Source of the DNA: an uncultured bacterium
Lineage (GTDB): Bacteria > Acidobacteriota > Thermoanaerobaculia > Multivoradales > JAHZIX01
Direction of reading: 5' to 3'
Length of the DNA: 64,000 nt
Assembly: GCA_965368975.1 (NCBI GenBank)
Contig: CBDUPA010000001.1
Location: 128,001-192,000, forward strand
The first letter of the stretch is position 1. Every line of letters begins with the position of its first letter. Positions 37,301 to 43,962 of the stretch are shown piece by piece. Below the pieces are notes generated by a model. It saw nothing but the letters and a program-made list of their open reading frames with translations. It did no database searches and was not told the DNA's origin. The translations under genes were made by a program, and so were the position numbers.

Positions 37301-38991
37301 CACCGGCACGCTGGCGCCAGTTGCTCGACGACGCCGACGTCGAGGTGGTGCTGACCGTCGACGCGGTGGTCACCGGACTCGCGCACGACCTGCCCCTGGA
37401 GCAGGAACGCTTGGTGTTCCTCGACCGCGAGGCCGAGGCCATCGCCGCCTGCCGCGCTCCGCAAGCGACCGTGACGCCGGATCATCCCGCTTACATCCTC
37501 TACACCTCCGGTTCGACCGGCCGGCCCAAGGGGGTCGTGGTGCCGCACCGGGCGGTGCGTCGCCTTGTGTCGGACACCCGGTCTCTGGGGGGCTCGGCGT
37601 TGCCAGGTGGCCCGGGGGCTGCGAGTGACGTCTGGTTGCAGATGGCGCCGGTCTCGTTCGACGCCTCGACGTTGGAGATCTGGACGCCGTTGCTGACCGG
37701 CGGGCGTCTGGCTCTCTTGTCGTCGCGGCTGCCGGAGCTCGACGCACTCGCGGACGCAATTCAGCGGGCCGCCGTCACCTCGCTGTGGCTGACCGCCGGC
37801 CTGTTCACCCAGATGGTCGACCGAGAAGTGGTGCCGCGGAATTCGCCGGCCCTCGGCCGCCTGCACCGGCTGCTCGCTGGCGGCGACGTGCTGTCGCCAC
37901 CGCGCGTAGAGGCGCTGCGCCGTGCGTATCCGCTGTTGCGCCTGATCAATGGCTACGGTCCGACGGAAAACACCACCTTCACGACCTGCCACGGCATGGG
38001 CGGTTCGGTACCTGCCGAGGATTTGCGGCGCGTACCGATCGGGCGTCCGATCGCCGGTACGCAGGTGTTACTGCTCGATCGCGAAGCCATGCCGGTGGCG
38101 GTCGGCTCGGTCGGTGCGCTGTGCACCGGGGGCGCGGGCCTGGCACAAGGGTACCTCGGTCAGCCGTCGCGCACCGCGGAGGTCTTCCTGCCGCACCCGC
38201 TGGCCGGGCGGTTGGTGGATGTCGCGGCCGGCGCGCGTATGTACGACACCGGCGACCAGGCGCGCTTCCTGGCCGATGGTGCCCTCGACTTCCTCGGTCG
38301 GCGCGACCGTCAGCTCAAGATTCGCGGCTTCCGCATCGAGCCGGGCGAAGTCGAGGCGGCGCTCGTACGACTGGATGGCGTCGCCCGGGCTGCGGTGGTA
38401 CCGCAGCCGGATCCGGCAGGCGGTGCGCGTCTGGTCGCGTACGTGGTGCCCTCCACGGAAGCTCGTGCTGCCGAGATCTCTGCCGGCGAAGACCCCACGG
38501 ACAGCTGGAGCGCTCGCCTGCGGCTGGCCTTGACCGAGGCGCTACCCCTGCACCTGGTACCGGCGCTCTTCGTCCAGCTCGACGAACTGCCGCTGACCGA
38601 GCGCGGCAAGCTCGACCGCGCCGCTTTGCCGGTGCCCGAGGCGCAGGCGGAGGCGGAGTATGTGGCGCCGCGCGACGACCTGGAGCAGGCGCTGGCCGAT
38701 CTCTGGCAAGACCTGCTACAGGTGCCGCGCGTCGGTGCCCACGACAGCTTCTTCCAACTCGGCGGCCACTCGCTTTTGGCGACCCAGCTCAGCAGCCGCC
38801 TGCTCGATCGCTTCCGCGTCGATCTGCCGCTGGTCCACCTGTTCGAGGCGCCGACCATCGCAGGTCTGGCGGCGACGCTGCGAGCACGGGCACCACAACC
38901 GGAGCGCCTGGAGAAGATCGCGCGCGCCCTGGTCAAGCTGCGCCGCATGTCACCGGAAGAGAAGCAGCGCTTGAAAAAGCCTTCTGGCTGA
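25315..38991 (+). CDS. Non-ribosomal peptide synthetase, (C-A-T)x4, no thioesterase
   Basis: Four YTSGSTGxPKG A3 motifs and four GG(D/H)SL carrier motifs. C motifs HHIVIDW, NHAIFDG, HQLVADA, HHIASDG. Start set at MSELTSRL. Confidence 0.95.
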   Translation: MSELTSRLAKLSPAQRALLEQRLAKKALDVDDLARRDAAREEAGDAAAALASTPIAKRASTDDPPPLSLDQERIYFIHHLNPDSPFYNIISAGRFRGRMRMDLLNRALNEVVRRHENLRTRFELRAGAPVQIIEPTLTMHVPLLDLRALGERAQPLADALVSRCLGTAFALDRLPLGQGLVLQVADEEFIWPTVYHHIVIDWVSWALFQREIVLLYDAFAEGREPPLPELPELRVQYADYAVWQRQTLTDATLSAQLDYWRRTLAEAPHVTELPLDHPRPALQRGEGKRCFRTLAADASEAFRALTRKEGVTFFMAFLALYKALVLRLTGQRKVVIGSPTTARNHPDLEPLIGYLLYHLPFYTELDGALSFRQALARVRTSTVGVFSHSDTPFAKLVELVDPPRDPSRMPLTQLVFLFLNPQGLHTQLGAREMSGLEVLPYDFDGESSKFDATFIVWDFQPFRMWIEYNSELFDVTTADRLARQYEALLCGVAGDADTPLSELPLLTAAERHQLAVERNAVFLEPPTQRSTGTPPERFVQWAERQPDATAIVHGRAHVSYGELARRAAAVAMRLRAQGVGRGSFVGLSLERCADLFVGLLGIQFAGAAYVPIDPAYPRERREFLAVDSGVEVMVDAAWMGGLTPTRAQCLAPLQTAHRPNVTQDSDASTPSGLAPDLLDPAYVIYTSGSTGKPKGVVLSHHNTSRLLDATDPWFRFGPDDVWALFFSFAFDFSTWEIWGALACGGRLVVPSWQATRDPRRLAADLVRGGVTVLNQTPSSFRGLIPEMIREADEGSGSTSIEWVIFGGEALESRMLRPWFGRFGADDRLGAPAPKLINMYGITETTVHVTWRRMLPPDCDDARSLIGVPMPDLRLYVIDRWLNLLPLSIPGELAVAGEGLAQVYLHRPSTTAQRFVPDPFASSPGSAAGAGRLYRSGDLVRARVDGELEYLGRIDQQVKIRGFRVEVGEVEAALEALPAVRDAVVLVHTLPTVRLVAYVVLADGEGAEVGDLRAALAAMLPDYMLPSHLLRLDALPLTTHGKVDRRALLARPLAEALPGAGVARAYVPPATEMEETLASVMAQVLGLERVSRDASFFDMGGDSLLSIRVIGLLRERGLELDLPQLMRHPTLAELAPHVRTMGEETMTVEPFALLDEDDRRRLAGDIATRGLVDAYPLTRLQHGMLVHMQLLDDEPPFHNLDSYHLRGPFDPDHFRTCIRRAVARHPILRSAIDLKSYSEPLQLVYAANGSPVEEAVEIEDLRALPPDECQAVIDAFLDTHRSRPWPFDRPPLVRFQVHWRRDDEIQLTVIENHAIFDGWSVHATLTDVFDEALQLAAGKMLAPVDPDAAPVHFRDYVALERRAAASTEHRDFWRRYLAGAEILRLPRWPRPPRRSGELRAPNVALMLEPPVAAGLRRLATAAAVPIKSVLLAAHVQVLAWLSGRRDVVTGVSTNGRPEVPGGDDIRGLFLNVLPLRVDWRPDATWLELARAAFDAEMTILPHRRFPLADIQHDLNRGELYELIFNYVHFHVVDPLLGSGLEVVDSVIHDVDNFTLTVTCGRLPGSGDPYLQFGYNADRLPPHQALWLQRRYLCAFTALAADPEAALGAASMLTPAERQQILVEWAQGPSLPMSAYDGTIHHRFEQLAARIPHATAVVSASGRRVLSYAGLAMASAALAVRLRAQGVGPEVPVAVELPRGVDMVVAFLAALRAGGAYVPVEPSLPESRRTWLKDDAGVTVVVDAASVAPALGPHGEVPLEQAPGSGVPSPLATILYTSGSTGIPKGALLDHRGLLRLVADAGSAQFLPGEAVLQLAPPGFDVAGAEIWGALLNGSRLAMVPDGTPTPASLEDLVLRHGVRSSIPTTGLFHQLVDEAPRALLPQRRVIAGGDVVSPGHVRRLLEMARADRRCDMEMVQSYGPTEVSVLCVLAPHRRPADVVASGPLPLGRPLSETRVRVLDVEGRAAAAGVPGELCLGGPGLARGYQRRPARTAEVFVPDPWAGCFSGSHAAGVEAGARLYRTGDAARFLPDGRLEFLGRLDGQVKIHGVRIEPGEIEAALRAHPAVDDGAVVVVGEGAEGKRLMAAMVIRTATSDSTGDATEDTVADFLHSRLPAAMVPGRLVCVGALPLTARGKVDRAVLAEQILQALEAEQQGAVEPPAEEGEARVAAIFREVLGIQKIGRDDDFFRLGGHSLLATRAVSRISRDFGVTLPLSKFFGNPTPAALAALLQPDGGEAATEAEKAGSGQLLSFAQLRLWPLVSTHLDASCCNLPLVLRLDGRLRPAQLTAAVAQVVERHSVLRTTFSSTSAEPVQRLTAPFRPRLPVVDLSALIDGQRQRVAQRLGDASRCRSFNLRRGPLLRLLLLRLSSAKAAQQHLAVFTLHQLVADAWSARLLVHEVSQLYAASIEQRPSPLAALALQYGDYVDWQRGWMQGEVLEQELAWWREELRGAAWDLPLPSDRSAAAGDVPELPIRGVPITLSSTLTARVHEHARQVGGTPYMVLLTAFQVLLGRWVGSTAATREDSRDLVVGTPIPGRPRPELEALLGRFADLLLVRAELPPGTTFSALLRRQRQRIVDAHAHQHLPSALLMAPAAESVSALFALEPATPADFDLLGVRVEQLAAGPRAAGVEVALRLAEQPAEPPAASGTSLVGSSLTGSLEYRPERFDTTTIRRLASAFECLLTAALAKPERPLDALPLLSTAVRHQVLCEWAQSEAREDETGPETGILDRFAHQIRVRPDAVALSWQDDLAAAGHSLSYRVLARRAASLAEELRAAGVGTETPVAIELERGPELILALLAIVQAGGTYVPVDPAYPAARRQWLMDDAGVQVVVSETGIRRRRGAATPGPGTRPADGQALLYILYTSGSTGVPKGVGTPDRGVLRLVQDGVYADFGPDQTWLQLATPSFDASTVEIWGALLHGGRLALYPPRVPSPAALTDFVRRQAVTSMWLTAGLFEQAAQHQERAATAGLGAEPYEGPRWPTARQLLAGGDVVSPAAVRRMLAANPRLTVIDGYGPTENSTFTTCARIARHELEHPETQSAKPLPIGRPIAGTDVYVLDSALRPVLPGAVGELCTGGAGLARGYLGRPARTAEAFVPHPFAGPTDRGRRLYRTGDRVRFRSDGRLDFLGRLDRQLKLRGFRVEPGEIEARLQQRPDVEAAAVVVLGEGTALQLVAAVSVGATSLEGSTSLEDRELSALLLDDLRGQLPPYLVPAELTVLPALPLTPQGKIDRRTLARQLEAVWRDGGSHEVPHDGTSAAAVAEERVHHQAVVPEIVAEEEAPSTEEVPSTEEAPSTEEVPSTEEAPSTEEAPSTEEALREIFARVLRRPHVGVGDDFFKLGGHSLSATQVIAFIARDLEVDIRLRTFFDHPTAEALAPHVDRARRPAASAPPAVPASAQPQPPAAEDTVAPSPGSLEPLRASSESRGGDGVEASLSFAQERLWLIERLHPGSSAYNVPAVLRLRGLLRPAALTRTVSEIVRRHQVLRSSIRGDGDGAVQRVEPSRPLVVPVVDLQRLRPARRASVAASLRDTEASVPFDLAKAPLLRLLLLRLAPLEHTAVLTVHHIASDGWSMGILVRELTALYSALVGSGAVEEAPARADRVLPELELQYADFASWQRGWLQGDVLQQEIDWWLRQLQGAPRVLSLPVDRPAAGPQARDWSGGSAPIALSKETTERLRELAQSRGATLFMVLLAGFQAALGRWCGQRDLLVGSPVAGRTRAELEPLVGFFVNTIVLRGRLQGSFLDLLDQAKQHTLDAYEHQHLPFARLVEAVAEDRELARSPLVQVLFVLQNAPSEQLRLPELEISGESPARPEAKFELTLALGETADGLRGGLEYRRQLFDASTLQRLLRGWRVLLSAAVAAPETPLWQLPLFDAAQRHQVLVEWGSGPIPGDIRTGEVPAAIHDAFAAIAQRQPDATAVSADAGVPMALSYRCLHEESGRLAGYLQSLGVRPGTPVALLLDRSPELILALLAVLRAGGAYLPLDLSSPPARWRQLLDDADVEVVLTVDAVVTGLAHDLPLEQERLVFLDREAEAIAACRAPQATVTPDHPAYILYTSGSTGRPKGVVVPHRAVRRLVSDTRSLGGSALPGGPGAASDVWLQMAPVSFDASTLEIWTPLLTGGRLALLSSRLPELDALADAIQRAAVTSLWLTAGLFTQMVDREVVPRNSPALGRLHRLLAGGDVLSPPRVEALRRAYPLLRLINGYGPTENTTFTTCHGMGGSVPAEDLRRVPIGRPIAGTQVLLLDREAMPVAVGSVGALCTGGAGLAQGYLGQPSRTAEVFLPHPLAGRLVDVAAGARMYDTGDQARFLADGALDFLGRRDRQLKIRGFRIEPGEVEAALVRLDGVARAAVVPQPDPAGGARLVAYVVPSTEARAAEISAGEDPTDSWSARLRLALTEALPLHLVPALFVQLDELPLTERGKLDRAALPVPEAQAEAEYVAPRDDLEQALADLWQDLLQVPRVGAHDSFFQLGGHSLLATQLSSRLLDRFRVDLPLVHLFEAPTIAGLAATLRARAPQPERLEKIARALVKLRRMSPEEKQRLKKPSG
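35158..35275 (+). repeat. In-frame 18-bp tandem repeat, about 6.5 copies (EE[A/V]PST)
   Basis: GAGGAAG(C/T)CCCGTCGACC units in the A3-T3 linker. Confidence 0.95.
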
Positions 38992-39031
38992 GGACCGTCT
39001 GGGTTGCCCCCTCGGCCTTGGACCCTTGGCC

Positions 39032-39060
39032 TTGACAAGCGGGTGACGCCCTGGCATGCT
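39032..39060 (+). promoter_or_regulatory. sigma70-type promoter candidate for protease 1
   Basis: TTGACA-N17-CATGCT. Confidence 0.55.
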
Positions 39061-39241
39061 CTGGGGGTTCCTTACCTTCCTTTCCTGCTTTGGGTCCTTC
39101 AGATATCCCGGTTCTACCGGTACCTATTCCGCATTTCGCGGTGATGGCTTTCCTTTCCTTGCAGTGGAGATATGTGTTCCCAATGGCATTGTGCCGTTGG
39201 AACGATCTTCTGTGCTCGGGTCCTATGCTCTGGAGGATGAG

Positions 39242-40918
39242 ATGAAATTCAACAGCAAAGTTTCCCTGACCTGTACCCTGGCTGTCGCCTTCTTGGTGAT
39301 GGCCATGCCGGCGCTGGCGGCTTCGAGCCTGTTCGCGCCGCAGGCCTTCACCGAGCGGTCGATGTATACCTTCGACGGCGAGGCGGCGGCCCATCAGATG
39401 TACGTGCGTCACGGCTTCCTGACCTCCAACCAGGTCGGCGCCGCGATGGACAGCGCGCGCACCGTCGGCGTGACCGACGAAGAGTTGCAGGGCGTTTTCG
39501 ATCACAACGAGCTGCGCCAGCGTGTCGGCGTCGCCAAGGACGTCGACTTCGCCATCACCCCGGGTGAGCGCGGTGGCTTCGGCGCCACGCGCATGAGCCG
39601 CGACGGCTTCACCTGGACCGGCGTCGTGCGTTCGCCGGGCGCCGCCGCCCTGCGCCTGCACTTCAGCGACGTCAACCTGCCGGATGGCGTCGAGCTGTTC
39701 GTCTACAACAGCCTGGGCGAGGCCTGGGGCCCGTACACCGGCCAGGGTCCGATCAACAACAGCGGCGACTTCTGGGCTCAGACCGTGGTCGACGACGAAG
39801 TGTTCGTGCAGCTGAGCTACAAGGGCAATGACGTGCGTGGTGCCATGAACGGCACCAGCCTGCGTCTGGCCGGCGTCGGTCACCTCACCGAGGCCTTCCA
39901 GCTGGCCGCCAGCCGCCGCGCGGCGCTGACCAACGACAAGGCTTTCTGCAGCTTCAACGAGAACTGTGTCAACAACGCCAACTGTGGCAGCACCAACTCG
40001 GCCGTCAATGGTGCCCGGGACGCCGTGGCGCACATGCAGTTCGTCAGCGGTCCTTGGGTCTACATCTGCTCGGGCGGCCTGCTGGCCGACACTGACAGCG
40101 GCAGCCAGATCCCGTACTTCCTGACCGCCAACCACTGCCTGAGCAGCAGCAACGTCGCTTCGACGCTGGAGAACTTCTTCCAGTTCGACACCCCGTGCGG
40201 CGGCTCCTGCTACAACCCGGACGGCGTCGTGCCGAGCACCCTGGGTTCGACCCTGCTGGCCACCAACAGCAGCAGCGACTTCACCTTCCTGCAGCTGAGC
40301 CAGGCCGCTCCGGCCGGTAGCGCCTTCCTGGGCTGGAACGCCTCGCCGGTGGCCTTCAGCGGCGGCACCAACCTGTACCGCATCAGCCATCCGAGCGGCG
40401 CGCCGCAGGCCTACTCGGCCAATGTGGTCGACACCAACAAGGGCACCTGCAGCACGCTGCCGCGTGGCAACTTCATCTACAGCACCGACGTTTCCGGCGC
40501 CACCGAGGGTGGTAGCTCCGGTTCGCCGGTGGTCAACGGCAGCGGCCAGGTGGTCGGTCAGCTGTACGGCGCCTGTGGCTTCAACGTCAACGATCCGTGC
40601 GACAGCGCCTCCAACGCCACCGTCGACGGCGCCTTCGCCACCACCTTCTCGAGCATCTCGCAGTGGCTCGATCCGGGCACCAGCTGCACGGACTCTGATG
40701 GCGATGGCTCCTGCGCCGCCGACGACTGCGACGACAACGACCCGACTGCCTTCCCGGGTGCCGCCGAGCTGTGCGGTGACGGCGTCGACAACGACTGCGA
40801 CGGCACCGTCGACGAAGGTTGCGGCGTCTGCTTGCCGGTCGGCGCTGCCTGCGTCGACAACGGCGACTGCTGCGGCAACAAGTGCAAGGGCAAGAGCGGT
40901 AGCAAGACCTGTAAGTAA
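39242..40918 (+). CDS. Secreted trypsin-like (lysyl-endopeptidase-like) serine protease with MopE-like repeat and C-terminal cystine knot
   Basis: Signal peptide, propeptide, and triad motifs LTANHC / SDFTF / GGSSGSP. DCDDNDP..FPGAAELCGDGVDNDCDG repeat and a C-C-CC-C-C tail. GGAGG RBS. Confidence 0.88.
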   Translation: MKFNSKVSLTCTLAVAFLVMAMPALAASSLFAPQAFTERSMYTFDGEAAAHQMYVRHGFLTSNQVGAAMDSARTVGVTDEELQGVFDHNELRQRVGVAKDVDFAITPGERGGFGATRMSRDGFTWTGVVRSPGAAALRLHFSDVNLPDGVELFVYNSLGEAWGPYTGQGPINNSGDFWAQTVVDDEVFVQLSYKGNDVRGAMNGTSLRLAGVGHLTEAFQLAASRRAALTNDKAFCSFNENCVNNANCGSTNSAVNGARDAVAHMQFVSGPWVYICSGGLLADTDSGSQIPYFLTANHCLSSSNVASTLENFFQFDTPCGGSCYNPDGVVPSTLGSTLLATNSSSDFTFLQLSQAAPAGSAFLGWNASPVAFSGGTNLYRISHPSGAPQAYSANVVDTNKGTCSTLPRGNFIYSTDVSGATEGGSSGSPVVNGSGQVVGQLYGACGFNVNDPCDSASNATVDGAFATTFSSISQWLDPGTSCTDSDGDGSCAADDCDDNDPTAFPGAAELCGDGVDNDCDGTVDEGCGVCLPVGAACVDNGDCCGNKCKGKSGSKTCK

Positions 40919-40975
40919 GTCTGACGCCGACAAGGTAGCCCCTTGTGAAGCGCAGGCCATCGCGGCCTGACACCA

Positions 40976-41012
40976 GCAAGCCCCGGGGATTTCCTCGGGG
41001 CTTGCGCTATTT
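40976..41012 (+). terminator. Intrinsic terminator candidate
   Basis: GCAAGCCCCGGGGA-TT-TCCTCGGGGCTTGC followed by GCTATTT. Confidence 0.65.
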
Positions 41013-41053
41013 CAGGGGCTTGCCGGCAGCCGTGCTGCACCTAGCGGGCGAGT

Positions 41054-41082
41054 TTGACAGCAGCGATGCTCCCTGCCATCCT
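41054..41082 (+). promoter_or_regulatory. sigma70-type promoter candidate for protease 2
   Basis: TTGACA-N17-CATCCT. Confidence 0.55.
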
Positions 41083-41182
41083 ACGAAGGCTCAAATCTCA
41101 TCGCGTCTGCTGGCGGCATCGTGTCGCCGGGGCGTTCCCAATGTCGTGTTGGGTCCTTCGGAAAAGCAAGGAGAACTGTTCT

Positions 41183-42880
41183 ATGCGTTTGAACACATGC
41201 CGGGTTTCCCATCTCTGTACCGTGGCCGTCGCCTTCTTGGTGCTGGCAACCTTGTTGGCAGCTACGCCGGCGCTGGCGGCTTCGAGCCTGTTCGCGCCGC
41301 AGGCCTTCACCGAGCGGTCGATGTACACCTTCGACGGCGAGGCGGCGGCTCACCAGATGTACGTGCGTCACCACCACCTGACCACCACCCAGGTCCATGC
41401 GGCCTTTGATAGTGCTCGCAGCGTCGATGTGACCGCCGAGGAACTAGTGGATGTCTACGCGCACAACGAGCTGCGCGAGCGTGTTGGCCTGGTCAAGGAT
41501 GTCGAGTTCGCCATCACTCCGGGCGAGCGTGGTGGCTTCGGCGCCACTCGCATGAGCCGCGACGGCTTCACCTGGACGGGTGTTGTACGTTCGCCGGGCG
41601 CCGTTGCCCTGCGTCTGCACTTCAGCGACGTCAGCTTGCCGGCGGGCGTCGAGCTCTACGTCTACAACAGCTTGGGTGAAGCCTGGGGGCCGTACACTGG
41701 CCAGGGGCCGCTCCAGTCGGGTGATTTCTGGGCCCAGACCGTGGTCGACGACGAAGTGTTCGTCCAACTGAGCTACAAGGGTAGCGACGTGCGTGGTGCT
41801 CTGAACGCGTCCAGCCTGCGCCTGGCGGGTGTTGGCCACTTGACCGAAAAGTTCGAGATCGCCCAGCGGCGCCGTGCCGCGCTGACCGGTGACAAGGCTT
41901 TCTGTAGCAACAACGTTTCTTGCATCGAGAACGCCAACTGCGGTGGCACCTCGTCGGCGGTCAACGATGCGCGCGATGCCGTGGCTCACATGTCCTGGAT
42001 CTCGGGCGCCTTCATCTACATTTGCAGCGGTGGTCTGCTGGCTGACACTGACAGCGGTAGCCAGATTCCCTATTTCCTGACCGCCAACCATTGCATGAGC
42101 CGCCAGCGTCATGCGGATAACCTGGAGGCCTTCTTCCAGTACGACACACCGTGCAGTGGTTCCTGCTATGACCCGGACGGTGCCGTGCCGAGTACCCTGG
42201 GCGCTACCCTACTGGCCACCAACAAGAGTTCGGACTTCACTCTTCTTCAGTTGAACCAGGCCGCTCCGGCCGGCAGCGCTTTCCTGGGCTGGACCACGGC
42301 GGCGGTTGCCAACAGCAACGGCACCAACCTCTACCGTATCAGTCATCCGAACGGTGCTCCGCAGGCCTATTCCGAGCAGGAAGTCGACACCGGTGCCGGC
42401 ACCTGCCGTGCGCTGCCGCGTGGCAACTTCATATACAGCCGCACCACCTTCGCAGGTACCGAGGGTGGTAGCTCTGGCGCTCCGGTGGTCAATGGCGCTG
42501 GCCAGGTCGTGGGTCAGCTCTATGGTTCCTGCGGTACCAACGTCAACGACGCTTGCGACCATGGTAGTAACGCCACCGTCGACGGTGCCTTCGCTGCGAC
42601 CTGGCCGAGCGTTTCGCAGTTCCTCGATCCGGGCACCAGCTGCACCGACGCTGACGGCGACGGTTCCTGCGCCGGTACCGACTGCGACGACAACGATGCG
42701 ACCAGCTTCCCGGGTGCCGCCGAACTTTGTGGTGACGGCGTCGACAACGACTGCGATGGCAGCGTCGATGAGGGTTGCGGCACGTGCTCGCTCGCTCAGG
42801 TGGGTGATCCTTGCGTCAACAACAGCGACTGCTGCTCCAACAAGTGCAAGGGCCCGTCGGGCGGTAAGACCTGTAAGTAA
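41183..42880 (+). CDS. Secreted trypsin-like serine protease paralog with the same architecture
   Basis: AAGGAG RBS, LTANHC / SDFTL / GGSSGAP, MopE-like repeat and cystine-knot tail. Long stretches are identical to 39242-40918. Confidence 0.88.
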   Translation: MRLNTCRVSHLCTVAVAFLVLATLLAATPALAASSLFAPQAFTERSMYTFDGEAAAHQMYVRHHHLTTTQVHAAFDSARSVDVTAEELVDVYAHNELRERVGLVKDVEFAITPGERGGFGATRMSRDGFTWTGVVRSPGAVALRLHFSDVSLPAGVELYVYNSLGEAWGPYTGQGPLQSGDFWAQTVVDDEVFVQLSYKGSDVRGALNASSLRLAGVGHLTEKFEIAQRRRAALTGDKAFCSNNVSCIENANCGGTSSAVNDARDAVAHMSWISGAFIYICSGGLLADTDSGSQIPYFLTANHCMSRQRHADNLEAFFQYDTPCSGSCYDPDGAVPSTLGATLLATNKSSDFTLLQLNQAAPAGSAFLGWTTAAVANSNGTNLYRISHPNGAPQAYSEQEVDTGAGTCRALPRGNFIYSRTTFAGTEGGSSGAPVVNGAGQVVGQLYGSCGTNVNDACDHGSNATVDGAFAATWPSVSQFLDPGTSCTDADGDGSCAGTDCDDNDATSFPGAAELCGDGVDNDCDGSVDEGCGTCSLAQVGDPCVNNSDCCSNKCKGPSGGKTCK

Positions 42881-42928
42881 GTCTGCCGCCAGTAGTTAGA
42901 ACAGCTTCCCACCGGGAGAGCTGAACCC

Positions 42929-42960
42929 AAGGCCTCGATGGCTCGCATCGGGGCCTTTTC
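42929..42960 (+). terminator. Intrinsic terminator candidate
   Basis: AAGGCC(T)CGATG-GCTCG-CATCGGGCCTT followed by TT. Confidence 0.55.
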
Positions 42961-42994
42961 CCTGCCTGGACGGATCTGAGCTACCATCAGCCCG

Positions 42995-43951
42995 ATGAGT
43001 GAGGAGCTGTGGATCGGTGACTGGATCATCCGGCCGGCCTCGATGGAGATCGAGCCCCGAGGTGGAGAAGGAAGAGTCGCTCGTTTGACCCCCAAGGCGA
43101 TGGTGGTTCTGAGCTGCTTGGCAGCCGACGCCGGACGCGTTGTGTCACGCGAGAAACTGATCGAGCAGGCGTGGGATGGTGCCTTCGTCTCGGATGATGC
43201 GTTGTCGACGGTGATCTACGAACTGCGTAGGGCCTTTGATGACAAGGGTAGTGATCCGCGCTACATCGAGACAATTCGCAAGGGTGGCTATCGCTTGATC
43301 GCCAGCGTGTTGCAGCATGACTCTGCTGCATCCGGTGTTCGCGATCAGGCGGCGGCCAGCCTCTCTGTGCCCAACTCGCCCCTCCGCTCCGCTCCGGCAA
43401 CCAGCTCGGCAGTTCGACATCTTGGCGCCGTCGCCTTGATCCTCACCATCACGGCGCTGGCCTTGTACCTGGCACTCGGTAGTAGATTCGCTCAACTTCC
43501 GAAGGTCGAGCCGGTAGAAGGCACCGCTGTCGAGTCGCTGGCCGTATTGCCGATCACCCTTGTCGACCTTGAAGGTCAGCAGGATCTTCTGGCCGACGCC
43601 CTGACCGAGATGTTGATCGCCGACCTGGCGCAGATCTGTCCACAAGAAGTCAGTCCTGGCCTCGCCGTCCGAGGCCAGGACTGGGATCTCGAAGCTGCTG
43701 CTCAGCATCTCGCCGTTGACGCGGTGGTCGAAGGAACCCTCGTGCGTTCCGGCGATCGCCTGTGGCTGTCGATTCAGCTGGTCGACGTGCAGACCGGTCA
43801 GATGCTCTGGGGTGGTAGCTTCGAGCGCGAGGTCACGGACCTGTCAAGCTTGCGGCAGCTGGCTCAGGACATCGCCCTGCGTGTGCAGTTGGAAGTAGCG
43901 CCGCCGATACCTGGAATCTCGGTGCCGGGTACGGAAGTCTCGGTGCCGTAG
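42995..43951 (+). CDS. CadC/ToxR-like membrane-anchored winged-helix regulator with TolB-N-like domain
   Basis: LTPKAM.VL..L, VSDDALSTVIYELRRAF.D....PRYIETIRKGGYRLIA, a TM helix, then SLAVLP...ADALTEMLI..L...QLVD..TG..LW. Confidence 0.85.
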   Translation: MSEELWIGDWIIRPASMEIEPRGGEGRVARLTPKAMVVLSCLAADAGRVVSREKLIEQAWDGAFVSDDALSTVIYELRRAFDDKGSDPRYIETIRKGGYRLIASVLQHDSAASGVRDQAAASLSVPNSPLRSAPATSSAVRHLGAVALILTITALALYLALGSRFAQLPKVEPVEGTAVESLAVLPITLVDLEGQQDLLADALTEMLIADLAQICPQEVSPGLAVRGQDWDLEAAAQHLAVDAVVEGTLVRSGDRLWLSIQLVDVQTGQMLWGGSFEREVTDLSSLRQLAQDIALRVQLEVAPPIPGISVPGTEVSVP

Positions 43952-43962
43952 CTACAGGATTC

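Noticed and set aside
38933-40960. 675-aa minus-strand ORF
   Set aside because: Antisense shadow of the protease gene, expected from strong GC codon bias. No motifs.
39242-42880. Proteases as the NRPS release or maturation enzymes
   Set aside because: They have signal peptides and their own promoters and terminators, so access to a cytoplasmic carrier domain is unlikely.
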